Below, piece by piece: positions 1-13,700 of a DNA stretch of 64,000 nt. This DNA is from Mobula hypostoma (taxonomy: Eukaryota), in contig NC_086103.1 in the NCBI RefSeq assembly GCF_963921235.1, positions 87,668,001 to 87,732,000 of the forward strand, written 5' to 3'. Position 1 is the stretch's first letter, and each line of letters starts with the position of its first letter. The position numbers and the translations under genes were made by a program. The notes beneath the pieces were generated by a model that was given only the letters and a program-made list of their open reading frames with translations, did not search any database and was not told the origin of the DNA.

Positions 1-1459
1 CTAATTGCTTACTGACAGATTGGCTATGTCATAAATAGTATTCCCCAAATAAAATGGGATCAACTATTGGAAATAATCTTTTAGGATACACTCTCAAAAA
101 CTTATTCAGCATTGAAACCTTTATTGATTGTATTCAGCGCTATAAATATTTTCTCTTGATAACATATTACTAATCTTTGCTGTATCCTTTGACTTCTGCA
201 CACACACATAAATGTCTGCCTCTACCCCTTTTCTTTTCAGTGACATCCAAAAGGCCAAGTCCACATTCCTCCAACAAACCCAGTTTTAAAGTGCCGTGTT
301 GTTGCTGGTTTTGCTTTAAGGACAGTTCAGTATTCTTGTTGTTCCATTTTTGTGGATGTTTTGGACCCAGTCCAAGAGAAAGAAGATTTAAAATTAGTGA
401 TATAATTAAAGGCAAAGAGTGATGACTATCTGTGATAATGGACGCAGGAGACTGATGGACAGGATGAGATAATGCATGAGGATGGAGAACAGATTGAGAT
501 TAATGCTACATATTGGTAATTTGGTTTATTATTGCCATGTACTAAGGTACAGTGAAAAACTTGTCCTGCATACTGTCCATACACATTAATTCATTACAAT
601 GGTTCACTGAGGTAGTACAAGGTAAAACAATAACAAAGTGCAGAATAAAGTGTTACGGTACATTATAAGTGCAGTTCAGGTGGACACTAAGGTGCAAGGT
701 CACAATGGGGTAGATTATGAGGTGAAGGTCAATTGTATAGCACATGCTGGGAAAGGAATGTGTTTGTGGATTTCTCAGAGGATTGTGAAAGCACAATTTT
801 TTAAATGATTGGTAATTATCTGTTCCTTTATCCTAGCAAGATGACCCCTGTTTACCAACACATAAGAGAGCTACCTCCAGTCTAGAATTCTCTGAAGCAC
901 TCTGTCTCTGAGCCTTTTTCCTTTCTTTCATGATATTCGTTAAATTGCTGGATGCCTTGCCTAATCTCTCTCCCTCGCTGAGAATCACGCCCTGACGCCT
1001 ATACTAATACCAGGATATATCCATGTATCCTAGCAGAGGCCTGGTACTGGGTTAAGTTGGGAGTGACAGCTTCTTCCTTGCTACCTGTCCCTGCTTTGTT
1101 TCAGTGGATACCACTGGGCTTCCAACAGGACGGCCCAATTTTCTTGAGATTTCCTAGCTGTGATTTTACCTGTAAAGGGTGAACCCATTGGAACCACCCC
1201 GCCACCGCCACCCCCCCCCCCGCACCAACTGGAAGCCAGAGTCACTGTGCAAGGCTGCACAGGGGCTTAAACAGAACAGGGATAGGCAGACAGTATTTTC
1301 AGAATGACTGAAGTTCTGGACACAAGAGACTATTCGGTCAATGAGTTTGTGCTGTTGAAAAATCATGTCAGTCTCATTGCCTTGCTCTTTTCCCATAGCC
1401 CTGCAGATTGTCTCCCTACTAACACCATCCAATTCAGTATCCACACTTCTTGATTATCT

Positions 1460-2482
1460 ACCAATTCCTTTCCATTTTTCAAGCAAAATCTACTCCTTTG
1501 GTCCTCTAATGGGTTCCTCTTGTCCTTGCCTGCCACCCCACCAGCCTCTGTGTCCAGCACATAATTCTCTGCAACTTCTGCCATCTCCAACGGGATACCA
1601 TCACCAAGCACATCTTTCCCTCCCACCTCCCCTCCCCTACTTTCTGCTTTCCGCAGGGATCGCTCCCTACGCAACTCCCTAGTCCATTTGTCCCTCCCCA
1701 CTGATCTCCCTCCTGGCACCTATCCTTGCAAGTGGAACAAGTGCTACACCTGCCTATACACCTCCTCCCTCACCACCATTCAGGATCCTAAACAGTCCTT
1801 CCATGTGAGGTGACATTTCACCTGTTAGTCTGCTGGGGTCATATTCTGTGTTCGGTGTACCCGGTGTGGCCTCCTGTATGTTGGTGAGACCTGACATAGA
1901 TTGGGAGACGACTTCGCTGAGCACCTATGTTCCGTCCATCAGAAAAAGCAGGATCTCCTAGTGACCACCCACTTTAATTTCACTTCCCATTCCCATTCTC
2001 ATATGTCCATCCACAGTCTCCTGCAATATTGTGATGAGGCCACACTTAGGTTGGAGGAACAACACCTTATATTCCATTTGGGTAGCCTCCAACCTGATGG
2101 CATGAACACATATTTCTCAAACTGCCAGTAATGCCCCCCACATGCCCTCCTTCACCATTTTCCATCCCCTTATCCCTCTCTCACCTTATATCCTTGCCCG
2201 CCCATCGCCTCCCTCTGGTGTTCCTCCACTGAAATTTTTTCTTTCTTCCATGGCCTTCCGTCTCTTTCACCAATCAACTTCTCAGCTCTTTTCTTCATCC
2301 TTCCTCTTCAGGTTTACCAATCACCTTGTGTTTCTCTGTTCCTTACCTCCATCTTTTAAATCTACTCCTCAACTTTTTTCTCCAGTCCTGCCGAAGAGTT
2401 TCAGACCTAAACATCGACTGTACTCTTTACCTAGATGCAGCCTGGCCTGCTGAGTTCTTTCAGCATTTTGTGTGTGTTGCTT
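1460..2482 (+). mobile_element. Penelope-like element 3' fragment (GIY-YIG endonuclease remnant plus terminal repeat)
   Basis: Decayed frame PGTYPCK..KCYTC...GVIFCVRC..CGLLYVGET...AEHL...THFN...LEEQHLIFHLGSLQPDGMN, followed by the shared terminal repeat with a degenerate hammerhead at 2383-2420. Confidence 0.85.
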
Positions 2483-3415
2483 GGATGACAATGTGGTTAA
2501 TTGGATTAGCAAATTGATACCAAGATAGGGGATGTAGTGGACAGCGAGGAAGACTATCAAATCTTGAAGTGAGATTTGGACCAGCTGAAAAAATGGGCTG
2601 AAAATGGAAGATGGAATTTAAAGCAGACAAATGTGAGGTGTTGCACTTTGGGTGGACCAACCAGGATAGGTCTTACACAGTGAGCAGTAGGGCATTGAGG
2701 AGTGCGGTAGAACAAAGGGATGTGGGAAAAAGATTCATAATTCCTTCAAAGTGGAACAAAAGGTAGAAAGGGACATAAAGAAAGCTTTGGGCTCATTAGC
2801 CTTCATAAAGCAAAGTATTGAGTACAGGAGTTGGAAGTTGTATGACGTTAGTGACACATAATTTGGAGTATTGTGTGCAGTTTTGGTTACCTGCTGACTG
2901 GAAAGATGTAAGTAAGATTGAAAGAGTGCAGAGAAAGTTTAGAAGGCTGTTGCTGGGACTGAATGACCTAAGTTATAAGGAAAGATTGAACAGGTTAGAA
3001 CTTCCCTAGAGTGTAGAAGATTGAGGTGAGATTTGATAGAGATATACAAAATTATGCGGGGTATAGATAGGGTAAATGTCAGCAGGCCTTTTCCACTGAC
3101 ATTAGGTGAGACTACAATTAAATGTCATGGGTTAAGTGTATATGGTGAATTGTTTAAGGGGGAACCGAGGGGAAACTTCTTCACTTAGAGGGTGTTGAGA
3201 GTGTGAAACAAGCTGCCAGTACAAATTTTGGATGAGATTTCAATTTCAATGTTTAAAAGAAGTTTGGATAGGTATATAGATGGAGGGGTGGGGTGGTATG
3301 AATGGCTATAGTCCAGGTGCAGGTCAATGGGACTAGGCAGTTTAAATGGTCACCATGGACTAGATGGCCCAAAGGGCCTGTTTCTGTGCTGTGTTTTCTA
3401 CGAATACATGACTCT
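2483..3415 (+). mobile_element. CR1 LINE 3' fragment
   Basis: LEYCVQFW...IERVQRKF remnants and a CR1-type 3' UTR. Confidence 0.85.
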
Positions 3416-3529
3416 GAATCTCTGCTCTAAGAACAATCCCCAGTTTCCCTGTTTTAATCCATTGGACAGAGTCAAGGGATCATGCAGCACAGAAGCAAGC
3501 CATTCAACCCATCACATCCACACTGATTA

Positions 3530-5244
3530 CACTGGACAGCAAATTTTTTTCAAAGGTGTTGCTTCCTCAGGTATTTTTTGTGGTTATGTTCAGCTTGAAA
3601 CTGAACACAAATATAACTTCAGACTACTATAATTATAAGTACTATATCACTACTTATAATTTGGAGAAACAAGAAATTAACTTTTATTGAATATAATGTG
3701 TTTAATTGCATAATGGTGCTGACACTTTGCAATAGTTCAACTAAGCTAAAAATGTTTTGTTGATAATTTTCATTGAACTCAGTGTCCAAGGCTTCTCACT
3801 ATAATCAGCCAGCATTGATGAATTCCAGTTGCCCGGATACCGTTTCTCCATGACCACAATATCCTCGTGAAACCTTTCTCCATGCTCGTCACTGACAGCG
3901 ACAGGATTTGCAGGGAAGACGTCTAAGTAGGAATGCAGAAAATATGACATGTACACTTCATGATTTTGAATGCTTGACGCATGTTGCCAACCAGCTGCAC
4001 ATTGCATGGTGCTCTGTAGTTACCAAGAAAATGGTCAACAACATCTTTGAATGCCTTTCATGCAATTTTCTCTGGTCCCACTGAAAGTTCTTTGAAATAC
4101 CTATCATTGATGACCTGCTTGATATGTGGACCAATAAAAATGCCTTCCTTAATTTTTGCATCAGTTATTCTGGAAACATCTGTCTCAAACGTCGAAATCC
4201 TTCACGGAAATCTTTGTGCTTGGTGACAGCAGATTCCATCCTTGCAGTCTTGAACCCAGTAATTCTGCTTTTGCCTTTGACAAAATGCAAGTCCGACCAG
4301 GTCACTCGGCAAAAAGAGTTAAAAAATCTGTATTAGTATCAAAGTCATTTTCCATTCCTGGCTTGTGTATCAAGGCGTCTTTGTCTGCCTCCCCTAGACT
4401 CCATGTCTCTGGTTGGCTTCGCTGGTGGAAGACTATCGTCATGTGGCACAGGTCTCATGGCTGAAGGGAGATCGGGTATTCAATGGATTTCTTATTTTTA
4501 GCAGAGAAGCCAGACTCACTGGTCAGACAGAAGCAGAGTCTGTCACATGATCCTTCTGTTCTCGCCATATCATCGGGACAGCAAACAGCATTTTCCTCCG
4601 AGTACCTCTGAGCCAAGCTCTAAGATTGATAGTGCATGTTGCACAACAAATGTGAGGAGCCCAAGCTTTGTCTTGGTCATCAATTTTACACCCAAAGTAA
4701 AGCTCATAGGCCTTCTTAATAAGAGGAATCATGCTCTGTCTTTGAGATTTAAGCATAAACTCGCCACAAACGTAAAAGGAAGTATCGCAGCTGTTGCAAC
4801 CTTGGCGAGACATTTTGCTAACACAATTACTCCTGAAAATACAGTTACTTTATTATAATAAGTACACACAATATGCTATGTGCATAGAGGATGCGCATCA
4901 ATGTGATCGCAAACCAATGTACATGTAAACACAATGCATAGAATGGTGTGTACATGATGCCTTTATTGCCTTTCTAAAGCCTGTCCTGCCATGCAGCATC
5001 CGCCCTGCCTAAATATGCCCAAGCATGCCTCGACAAGATAGAAAACTTTTCAGCTTATATTGTGGGCAACATTTTAATTGACCTAAATTATGAAGTAGCA
5101 AATATAGGCAATTTCAAAAAAACTGGTGCATGATCAGGGAATTTCATAGTGATTTTCATGACCAGCAGCCCAAAATCCATAAGGTACACCCAAAAGTATT
5201 CAGGAAGCAAAATCATTGTTTCAATCATTGTTTCAAAACCAGTG
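3530..5244 (-). mobile_element. Chapaev3-like DNA transposon, internally deleted and decayed
   Basis: Termini tta|CACTGG...CCAGTG|taa with imperfect subterminal inverted repeats; transposase fragments YFGCKIDDQDKAWAPHICC...VPMIWRE, KIKEGIFIGP and FLHSYLDVFP..VSDEHGERFHEDI..MEKRY. The family call is from recalled motifs. Confidence 0.7.
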
Positions 5245-6085
5245 TAATGTTCATTTGAAATGTCTCAAGACTATCTGCTATGTTTAAGAAACAATGTAAA
5301 AATAGGCTATTTATAATCATTCATAATCATCATAATCATTCTTTTTTTCACAAGTCTTGATCTGCTTGTCTGATCCCTTAGACTGCACAAATATTCTTTT
5401 CAACAAAATGTGCCATGTATTTCACAGCAAAAATCTCCATCTGCCCTCCGTCCTTGTACATTTTCCTGTCTGCATTGTTCCTTGTGCAATCTATTTAATC
5501 ACAAACAGTTATGTCCCTCTTTATCTTGTTTGTATCAGTAAATTTCAATACTATTTTTCATGGGTCTGGTTCAAACCTCCAATATAAGTAGAAGAGCAAG
5601 AGTGTGGAAGGTCATTAGGCACATCTCTAACCCCATCCTACATTTACCTTTTTCTTTTCATTCTGAGTTTTATCCATTTCTAAGATGTTGCCCCTTTGAT
5701 ATTGTTGCTTATAATTCTGTAACAAACCTCTCATGTACCATTTTAACAAATGCCTTCTGAAAATTCATACATACAAGATCTGTCCATTTCCCTTTATGTA
5801 AGCCCTGAGATTTCTTCAGCAAAAGACCTCCCCATAAGAAAATCAGATTGTTGCCAAGTTATGGCATCTCATGTCAAGTGATATCTGTTTATATGTGGCC
5901 TAGAGAGTGTTTCCCATTTGCAATTTCTTCTACATCGTATAGAAGCCGCTAAAGTAATTGCACTTTGACCTACAAGAGATCATTTCAATGACAGCTCCAG
6001 CCCATGGAGAGAGAAGACTACTGCAGCCTGTGTTTTATTTACAGTGAATACCTGAAGGCAAAGGCAGATCAAAAGGACTACCTAC

Positions 6086-6177
6086 CTGTCGGAGCCATTC
6101 CACACACATTCAAACTTGTCAAAGATGCAGTCGTTTTCATAGAGGGAACACAGCTTACTCCTCAGGTATTCATGCAC
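6086..6177 (-). CDS. PPP2R2B: PP2A B55 subunit internal coding exon, 92 nt (missed by the ORF track)
   Basis: Manual translation gives [30 protein letters not shown](S); acceptor tcttttag, donor gtaggt. Confidence 0.93.
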
Positions 6178-6297
6178 CTAAAAGACCCCAAAAGGAAAGA
6201 AAGAGGATTAAGAATGAGTGGCAGTAATGATGTAGAATCCACATTTTCATCCAAGTAGAGTACTCTGCAAAAGTTTTAGGCACCCCAGCTAAATATA

Positions 6298-6959
6298 CGA
6301 AATGCTGGAAGAACTCAGCAGGTCAGGCAGCATCCATAGAAATGAATAAACAGTGATGTTTCGGGCCAAGACTCTTCCTCAGGACTGGAAAGGAAGGGGA
6401 AGGAGACTATAATAAAAAGGTGGGGGGAGGGGAAAGAGGCTAGCTGGAAGGTGATAGGCAAAGCTAGGTGGGTCAGAAAGGTAAAGGGCTGGAGATGAAT
6501 GTATCTGATAGGAGAGGAGAGCATACCATAAAAGAAAGGGAGGGTGGAAGGGACCCGGTGGGGGGGGGGTGATATCTTGGTAGCCTCCAACTAGATGGCA
6601 TGAATATTGATTCTCCTTCCAATAAAAACAATTCCCTCCCCTTCCCCTTTTCTTTCATTCCCCACTCTGGCCTCTTACCTTTCCTCACCTTCCTATTACC
6701 TCCCCCTGGTGCCCCTCCTCCTTCCCTTTCTCCTATGGCATACTCTCCTCTTCTATCAGATTCCTTCATTTCCAGCTCTTTACCTTTCCCAGCCACCTCA
6801 CTTCACCTGCCACCTTCCAAATACCTTCTTCACCTTCCTCTACCTTTTTATTCTGGTGTCTTTCCTCTTCCATCCCATGGATGCTGCCTGACCTGACCAA
6901 CATCTTGTGTATGTTGCTTTGGATTCTCAACATCTGTAGAATTGCTTGTGTTTATGACG
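6298..6959. mobile_element. Head-to-head pair of PLE terminal-repeat fragments
   Basis: Minus-strand copy (about 6298-6570, hammerhead at 6351-6387) joined to a plus-strand copy (about 6571-6959, LGSLQLDGMN end); flanked by agctaaatata / agctatatata. Confidence 0.75.
6351..6387 (-). ncRNA. Minimal type I hammerhead ribozyme motif
   Basis: CAGUC CUGAGGA A GAGUCUUGGCCC GAAA CAUC ACUG. Confidence 0.55.
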
Positions 6960-7009
6960 AGCTATATATATGTGCCTAAAACGTTTACACAGTACTGCAC
7001 ATATATATC

Positions 7010-7925
7010 AAAACAGTAGAGGTCCTTATCCGGATCCATGTGGAATGTCACTAGCCATGGATGTCCAACCAGACTAAGTCATTACAACTACTTCTATGGA
7101 CAAGCTAATTCTGAATCCAAACAACTAATTCATCTTGGATCCCATCTCAATCTTTTGGATGACCCTCTCATGAAGGACCTTGTCAAATGCCTTACTAACT
7201 TCCATGTAGAAAATATCCACAGCTCTAATTTCATCAGTCATCTTTGTCACCTCCTCAAAAACATCAAGTTAGAAAGACTTGACTTGCTCTGCACAAGACA
7301 TGTTGACTCTTTCTATTTATGCCATGGTCTTCCAAATAGCCTTAAACTGTATCCCTAAGAATTCTCTCCAATAATTTCCCTGTTACTGACATGAGATTCA
7401 TCGGTCTAGAATTAACAGGATTATTCATATTTCCCTTCCCAGAAAAAAATGGAACAACACTAGCTACTCACCAGTCCTCCAGGACCTCACCTGTAGTTAG
7501 AGAGGACATAAAGACCTTGTCAAGGTCTCTGCAGTCTCAGCTCTTGCCCCTTTCAATAAGCTGGTGTCTGTCCCATTGAGCCCTGGGGACTAATCCACCT
7601 TAATGTTTTTTTTAAGAAACCCAACACACTACCTCTTCCTTAATCTCAAAATGCCCTGGTATATTAGCATGCTTCACAATGATCTCACTATCCTCGACAT
7701 CTTTCTCCCTCACTCAAATCCTCTGCCTCCAAGGACATGTTCCCTCCTTTATGTTTGAGTGGTCCTACCCTCTCCTTAGTTATCCTCTTGCTCTTAATGT
7801 AGGTGGAATGCCATGAGATTTTCTTTAATCCTACTTGCTAAGGATTTTTCACAGTTCCTCCTGAATTTCCTAATACACTTCTAAGAATTTTTTAGGCTTC
7901 TTTATAAACCTCAAGCTCCTTGTTT
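7010..7925 (-). mobile_element. Old CR1 LINE ORF2 fragment
   Basis: Degenerate match to the CR1 ORF2 at 28963-31403 (EDWRVA, YRPVSLT regions). Confidence 0.7.
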
Positions 7926-9261
7926 GATTTTGAAGTTTGAGGTCCTGATTTTTAGACGCTGTTGCCCAGGCAGACAAAACATGTGCTAGGACAGAGAATT
8001 TCTTGGTGAATTTCATCATTGATGTCTGCCTGCAATGAGAAAAGTCTCCACACTGGTCCAGGTTTTTCAGGATGAAGCTTTATTGTTGAAGGACCATGTT
8101 GTGTAGCAGGGGCAGGTTGGTGGACTTTGAATGTAAAGGCTGTTACGTCATATGCTTCAAGGGAACAAGATGACAGCTTTAAGCCTGACCTTTGAACTTG
8201 AAGAAAGGCATGCTGCTGTTCTAAAAGTGAGATGAAGACTAATGTGGAATAGTCTTCTGAGAGACAACCAGACTATAGAACAAAATGTATGAGAAGACCC
8301 AACAGGATCGTCAACAGAAGGTATTTCTTCACATGGTCAAGAACAGCCTTGGCAGCTGTATTATCTGTGACACCTTTACAACACCAGACATCACAAAACA
8401 CTGAATTCTGACATTGGCAATGAACAGAGAGCCAGTGATTATGGAAGAACAAGTCTACTGAGGCTGTAAAGAGGGGGAACAGTGTAAGATGATGGATGCC
8501 TGCAGAAAGTGTATGGAGAATAAAATCATCTTGAAATGTGAAGCAATGTCCCACTCTGACTTGGAAATACATTGCAGTTCGGAATCAGAATCACTTTATC
8601 GCCAGTATGTGAAACATACCAGAACTGATTGTGGTCGGGTGCCAAGCATAAAACACCAAAACAGACAGCACAATAGCAACCAGCAATTTACAAGAAAGAC
8701 AATAGTGCAAACAGCCATGAGCAATCAACAATTAGCACAAATGTCAATAATCAAATTTAAATCGATATGAACATACGAATAGATTAAATAATCATCAACA
8801 GAACAAGGAGAGCAGGAAAGACCATGTAACTGATTTGTTGTGCAGGGACAGTCAGGGTATTACATCAGAGTGAGTTTTGTTAAGACTCTGGATAGCTACA
8901 AGAAAGAAGCTTTTTCCAGATCCTTTCTTTGCTCTGGTGATGAACAAGTCTTTGAGTATCGGTAGCTGACAGTCAACGATCTTCTCTGCTGAGTGGACCA
9001 CTCACCGCAAGCTGGACGTGGAGAGGGAGGAGGTGGCATGAAACCAAATGGAGATAGAGGTGGTCATAACACTCTCAATGATGACTGAGTAAATATTCAT
9101 AAGATGTTAAGTTTCCTAAACTGGTGTAGGAAGAACAAAGTTTGCTGGGCTTTCCCAGTGATGAGCATAATGGGCTTGTCCCACTTCAATGTATTGGTAT
9201 TGGTAATCCCAGGAATTTGAATGACTCGACCATAGCCTGACCATTAATTCCTAAGCGGCAA

Positions 9262-9408
9262 TAGATAATAGACAATAGAAAATAGGCGCAGGAGTAGGCC
9301 ATTCAGCTCCTCAAGCCGGCACCGCCATTCATTGTGATCATGGCTGATCAGTAGCCCGCCCACAATCAGTACCCCGTTCCTGTCTTCTCCCCATATCCCT
9401 TGACTCCG
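9262..9408 (-). mobile_element. Short CR1 3'-end insertion
   Basis: Same tail and 3' UTR as the element at 10794 (aataggcgcaggagtaggccatt). Confidence 0.7.
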
Positions 9409-9895
9409 CAGGTAGGTAGTAGGTAGGAAGCAGGTAGGATGGTTGTTGCTGGAATTCAATCCTCCTTTCCACTGTCTTGATAGCATTAAAACTCCAAGCT
9501 GTTACAAACACTTCATTATTAGAGATGAGACCAGATACAGTTATGTCATCCATGAACTTCAGGATTTTTTTGGATTTGTCTGTGGAGGTACAGTCATTTG
9601 CATAAACTGAGAACAGGAGGTGTGAAAGTATGCAGCCCTGGGAGAGGCTGTGCTTATAGACATTGTATCAGACAAATAGGAGCCCAGCCTTACATACTGC
9701 TTCCTTCCTGTTGGAAAGTTCGTAATCCACTGACAGATACTGTAGTAGCTGGGTTAGCTTGCTGTGGAGCAACTCTGGAACAACAGTGTTGAAGGTGAAG
9801 CTAAAATCCACAAACAAGAACCTCACATAGGAAATGAGGGAGAACAAATGTCAAAGAATGTAATGAAGGCACAAATTAACCGCATCCTCGACTGA

Positions 9896-10113
9896 AGAGG
9901 TATGTGGCCAAGTGGTTAAGGTGTTCGTCTAGTGATCTGAAGGTCGCTAGTTCAAGCCTCAGCTGTGGCAGCATCAGCAAGGCACTTAACCACATATTGC
10001 TCTAGTGTCTGTGTGAGGAGTGGCGCCCCACACAGACTTCCAATCTGCGCCTTGAAAGGCATGAAAATGCCCGACACAGGCCTCTCATGGTCGATGTTCC
10101 CTCCCCTCCCCTC
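9896..10113 (+). mobile_element. tRNA-derived SINE
   Basis: Pol III A box TGGCCAAGTGG and B box GTTCAAGCC, (ctccc)n tail, degenerate TSD cctcgactga / cctcaactaa. Confidence 0.75.
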
Positions 10114-10793
10114 CCTCAACTAAGCAATCTGAACTTTAGTTGGTCAAGAAGAGGATCAGTAGACCAATTTAAAGTAGACCAACTTCAGACATTCAAAAGT
10201 TTTCATATCAGACATTCAAAGGTTTTCATAACTACTGAAGTCAGAGCAACTGGCCTATAATAATTGAGTCTAGTAATCTTGTCTTTCTTGTAGCAATTTT
10301 AAAGAAGTCCAGAACTTCACATAATTGCAGGGAGGTGGTAAATATCTCAGTGGAGATAGTTTCAAGCCAATTGGCACAGTTCCTTAGACTACCAGGTTTT
10401 CCAAACAGTTTGTGAATGTTGTTTTGCTTCAGGGTGAGATGGAGAGAGAGGGTTAAAGAGGTGGGGAAGGCCAAAGAAGGTGAATGGAGCTACGGTGAAG
10501 AGGAGATGGTGACATTAAAATAATTGTGAAAGGGAGCTGGGTAGGTTCTCAGAGTATCAGGATTAGAGCAAATGAGAAGAGATAGATGTTGATTGTCTTT
10601 ATTAAATCAGCAATAAAACTGATTGAGCTGATTGACCAAGGTCGGGGAGGGGGAGACTTGGGGATACTTTTGTTTGAAGTTTGAAGCCTGGCTATTGTTG
10701 TTGAAGTCTCTGTCTAGCCGATCCCTGTAGTGGCTTTTGCTGTTAGTGGGCCAAACTGGTAATCCCTACTGAACAAAAGTGCAGATGTACTTT

Positions 10794-13700
10794 CATAGAA
10801 ACATAGAAACATAGAAAATAGGTGCAGGAGTAGGCCATTTGGCCCTTCGAGCCTGCACCGCCATTTATTATGATCATGGCTGATCATCCAACTCAGAACC
10901 CCACCCCAGCCTTCCCTCCATACCCTCTGATTCCCGTAGCCACAAGGGCCATATCTAACTCCCTCTTAAATATAGCCAATGAACCGGCCTCAACTGTTTC
11001 CTGTGGCAGAGAATTCCACAGATTCACCACTCTCTGTGTGAAAAAGTTTTTCCTAATCTCGGTCCTAAAAGGCTTCCCCTTTATCCTCAAACTGTGACCC
11101 CTCATTCTGGACTTCCCCAACATCGGAAACAATCTTCCCGCATCTAGCCTATCCAATCCCTTTAGGATTTTATACGTTTCAATCAGATCCCCCCTCAATC
11201 TTCTAAATTCCAACGAGTACAAGCCTAGTTCATCCAATCTTTCTTTATATGAAAGTCCTGCCATCCCAGGAATCAATCTGGTGAACCTTCTTTGTACTCC
11301 CTCTATGGCAAGGATGTCTTTCCTCAGATTAGGGGACCAAAACTGCACACAATACTCCAGGTGTGGTCTCACCAAGGCCTTGTACAACTGCAGTAGTACC
11401 TCCCTGCTCCTGTACTCGAATCCTCTTGCTATAAATGCCAGCATACCATTCGCCTTTTTCACCGCCTGCTGTACCTGCATGCCTACTTTCAATGACTGGT
11501 GTATAATGACACCCAGGTCTCGTTGCACCTCCCCTTTTCCTAATCGGCCACCATTCAGATAATAATCTGTTTTCCTGTTTTTGCCACCAAAGTGGATAAC
11601 TTCACATTTATCCACATTAAATTGCATCTGCCATGAATTTGCCCACTCACCCAAACTATCCAAGTCACCCTGCATCCTCTTAGCATCCTCCTCACAGCTA
11701 ACACTGCCGCCCAGCTTCGTGTCATACGCAAACTTGGAGATGCTGCATTTAATTCCCTCATCCAAGTCATTAATATATATTGTAAACAACTGGGGTCCCA
11801 GCACTGAGCCTTGCGGTACCCCACTAGTCACTGCCTGCCATTCTGAAAAGGTCCCGTTTATTCCCACTCTTTGCTTCCTGTCTGCTAACCAATTCTCTAT
11901 CCACACCAATACCTTACCCCCAATACCGTGTGCTTTAAGTTTGCACACTAATCTCCTGTGTGGGACCTTGTCAAAAGCCTTTTGAAAATCCAAATATACC
12001 ACATCCACTGGTTCTCCCCTATCCACTCGACTAGTTACATCCTCAAAAAATTCTATGAGATTCGTCAGAGATGATTTTCCTTTCACAAATCCATGCTGAC
12101 TTTGTCCGATGATTTAATCGCTTTCCAAATGTGCTGTTATCACATCTTTGATAACTGACTCCAGCAGTTCCCTCACCACCGACGTTAGGCTAACTGGTCT
12201 ATAATTCCCCGGTTTCTCTCTCCCTGCTTTTTTAAAAAGTGGGGTTACATTAGCCACCCTCCAATCCTCAGGAACTAGTCCAGAATCTAACGAGTTTTGA
12301 AAAATTATCACTAATGCATCCACTATTTCTTGGGCTACTTCCTTAAGCACTCTGGGATGCAGACCATCTGGCCCTGGGGATTTATCTGCCTTTAATCCCT
12401 TCAATTTACCTAACACCACTTCCCTACTAACATGTATTTCCCTCAGTTCCTCCATCTCACTGGACCCTCTGTCCTCTACTATTTCTGGAAGATTATTTAT
12501 GTCCTCCTTAGTGAAGACAGAACCATAGTAACTATTCAATTGGTCTGCCATGTCCTTGCTCCCCATAATCATTTCACCTGTTTCTGTCTGTAGGGGACCT
12601 ACATTTGTCTTTACCAGTCTTTTCCTTTTTACAAATCTATAAAAGCTTTTACAGTCAGTTTTTATGTTCCCTGTCAGTTTTCTCTCATAATCTTTTTTCC
12701 CCTTCCTAATTAAGCCCTTTGTCCTCCTCTGCTGAACTCTGAATTTCTCCCAGTCCTCAGGTGAGCCACTTTTCCTAGCTAATTTGTATGCTTCTTCTTT
12801 GGAATTGATACTATCTCTAATTTCTCTTGTCAGCCACGGGTGCACTACCTTCCTTGATTTATTCTTTTGCCAAACTGGGATGAACAATTGTTGCAGTTCA
12901 TCCATGCAATCTTTAAATGCTTGCCATTGCATATCCACCGTCAATCCTTTAAGTGTCATTTGCCAGTCTATCTTAGCTAATTCACGTCTCATACCTTCAA
13001 AGTTACCCCTCTTTAAGTTCAGAACCTTTGTTTCTGAATTAACTATGTCACTATCCATCTTAATGAAGAATTCCACCATATTATGGTCACTCTTACCCAA
13101 GGGGCCTCTCACGACAAGATTGCTAATTAACCCTTCCTCATTGCTCAAAACCCAGTCCAGAATAGCCTGCTCTCTAGTTGGTTCCTCGACATGTTGGTTC
13201 AAAAAACCATCCCGCATACATTCCAAGAAATCCTCTTCCTCAGCACCTTTACCAATTTGGTTCACCTAATCTACATGTAGATTGAAGTCACCCATTATAA
13301 CTGCTGTTCCTTTATTGCACACATTTCTAATTTCCTGTTTAATACCATCTCTGACCTCACTACTACTGTTAGGTGGCCTGTACACAACTCCCACCAGCGT
13401 TTTCTGCCCCCTAGTGTTATGCAGCTCTACCCATATCGATTCCACATCTTCCCGGCTTATGTCCTTCCTTTCTATTGCGTTAATCTCATCTTTAACCAGC
13501 AACGCCACCCCACCTCCTTTTCTTTAATGTCTATCCGTCCTGAATATTGAATATCCCTGAACGTTGATCTCCCATCCTTGGTCACTCTGGAGCCATGTCT
13601 CTGTGATCCCAACTATATCATAATCATTAATAACAATCTGCACTTTCAATTCATCCACCTTGTTACGAATGCTCCTTGCATTGACACACAAAGCCTTCAG

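Larger units (their letters stand above)
6258..6997. mobile_element. Tiny Tc1/mariner-type MITE (26-bp TIRs) interrupted by a PLE insertion
   Basis: TIRs gagtactctgcaaaagttttaggcac (6258-6283, preceded by TA) and gtgcctaaaacgtttacacagtactg (6972-6997). Confidence 0.65.
8579..10790 (-). mobile_element. Decayed Rex1/Babar-like LINE
   Basis: RT remnant LKFMDDITVSGLISNNE, (ttctga)n-type tail at about 8580; contains nested CR1 and SINE insertions. Confidence 0.6.

Noticed and set aside
170-422. Overlapping 81-aa ORFs as the last B55 exon
   Set aside because: No resemblance to the expected SVIMTGSYNNFFRMF terminal exon, which appears to lie outside the window.
6004-6258. 84-aa plus-strand ORF
   Set aside because: Antisense shadow of the real 92-nt exon.
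9896-9975. tRNA gene
   Set aside because: A and B boxes are present, but it continues into a SINE body and tail with a TSD and has no convincing cloverleaf.
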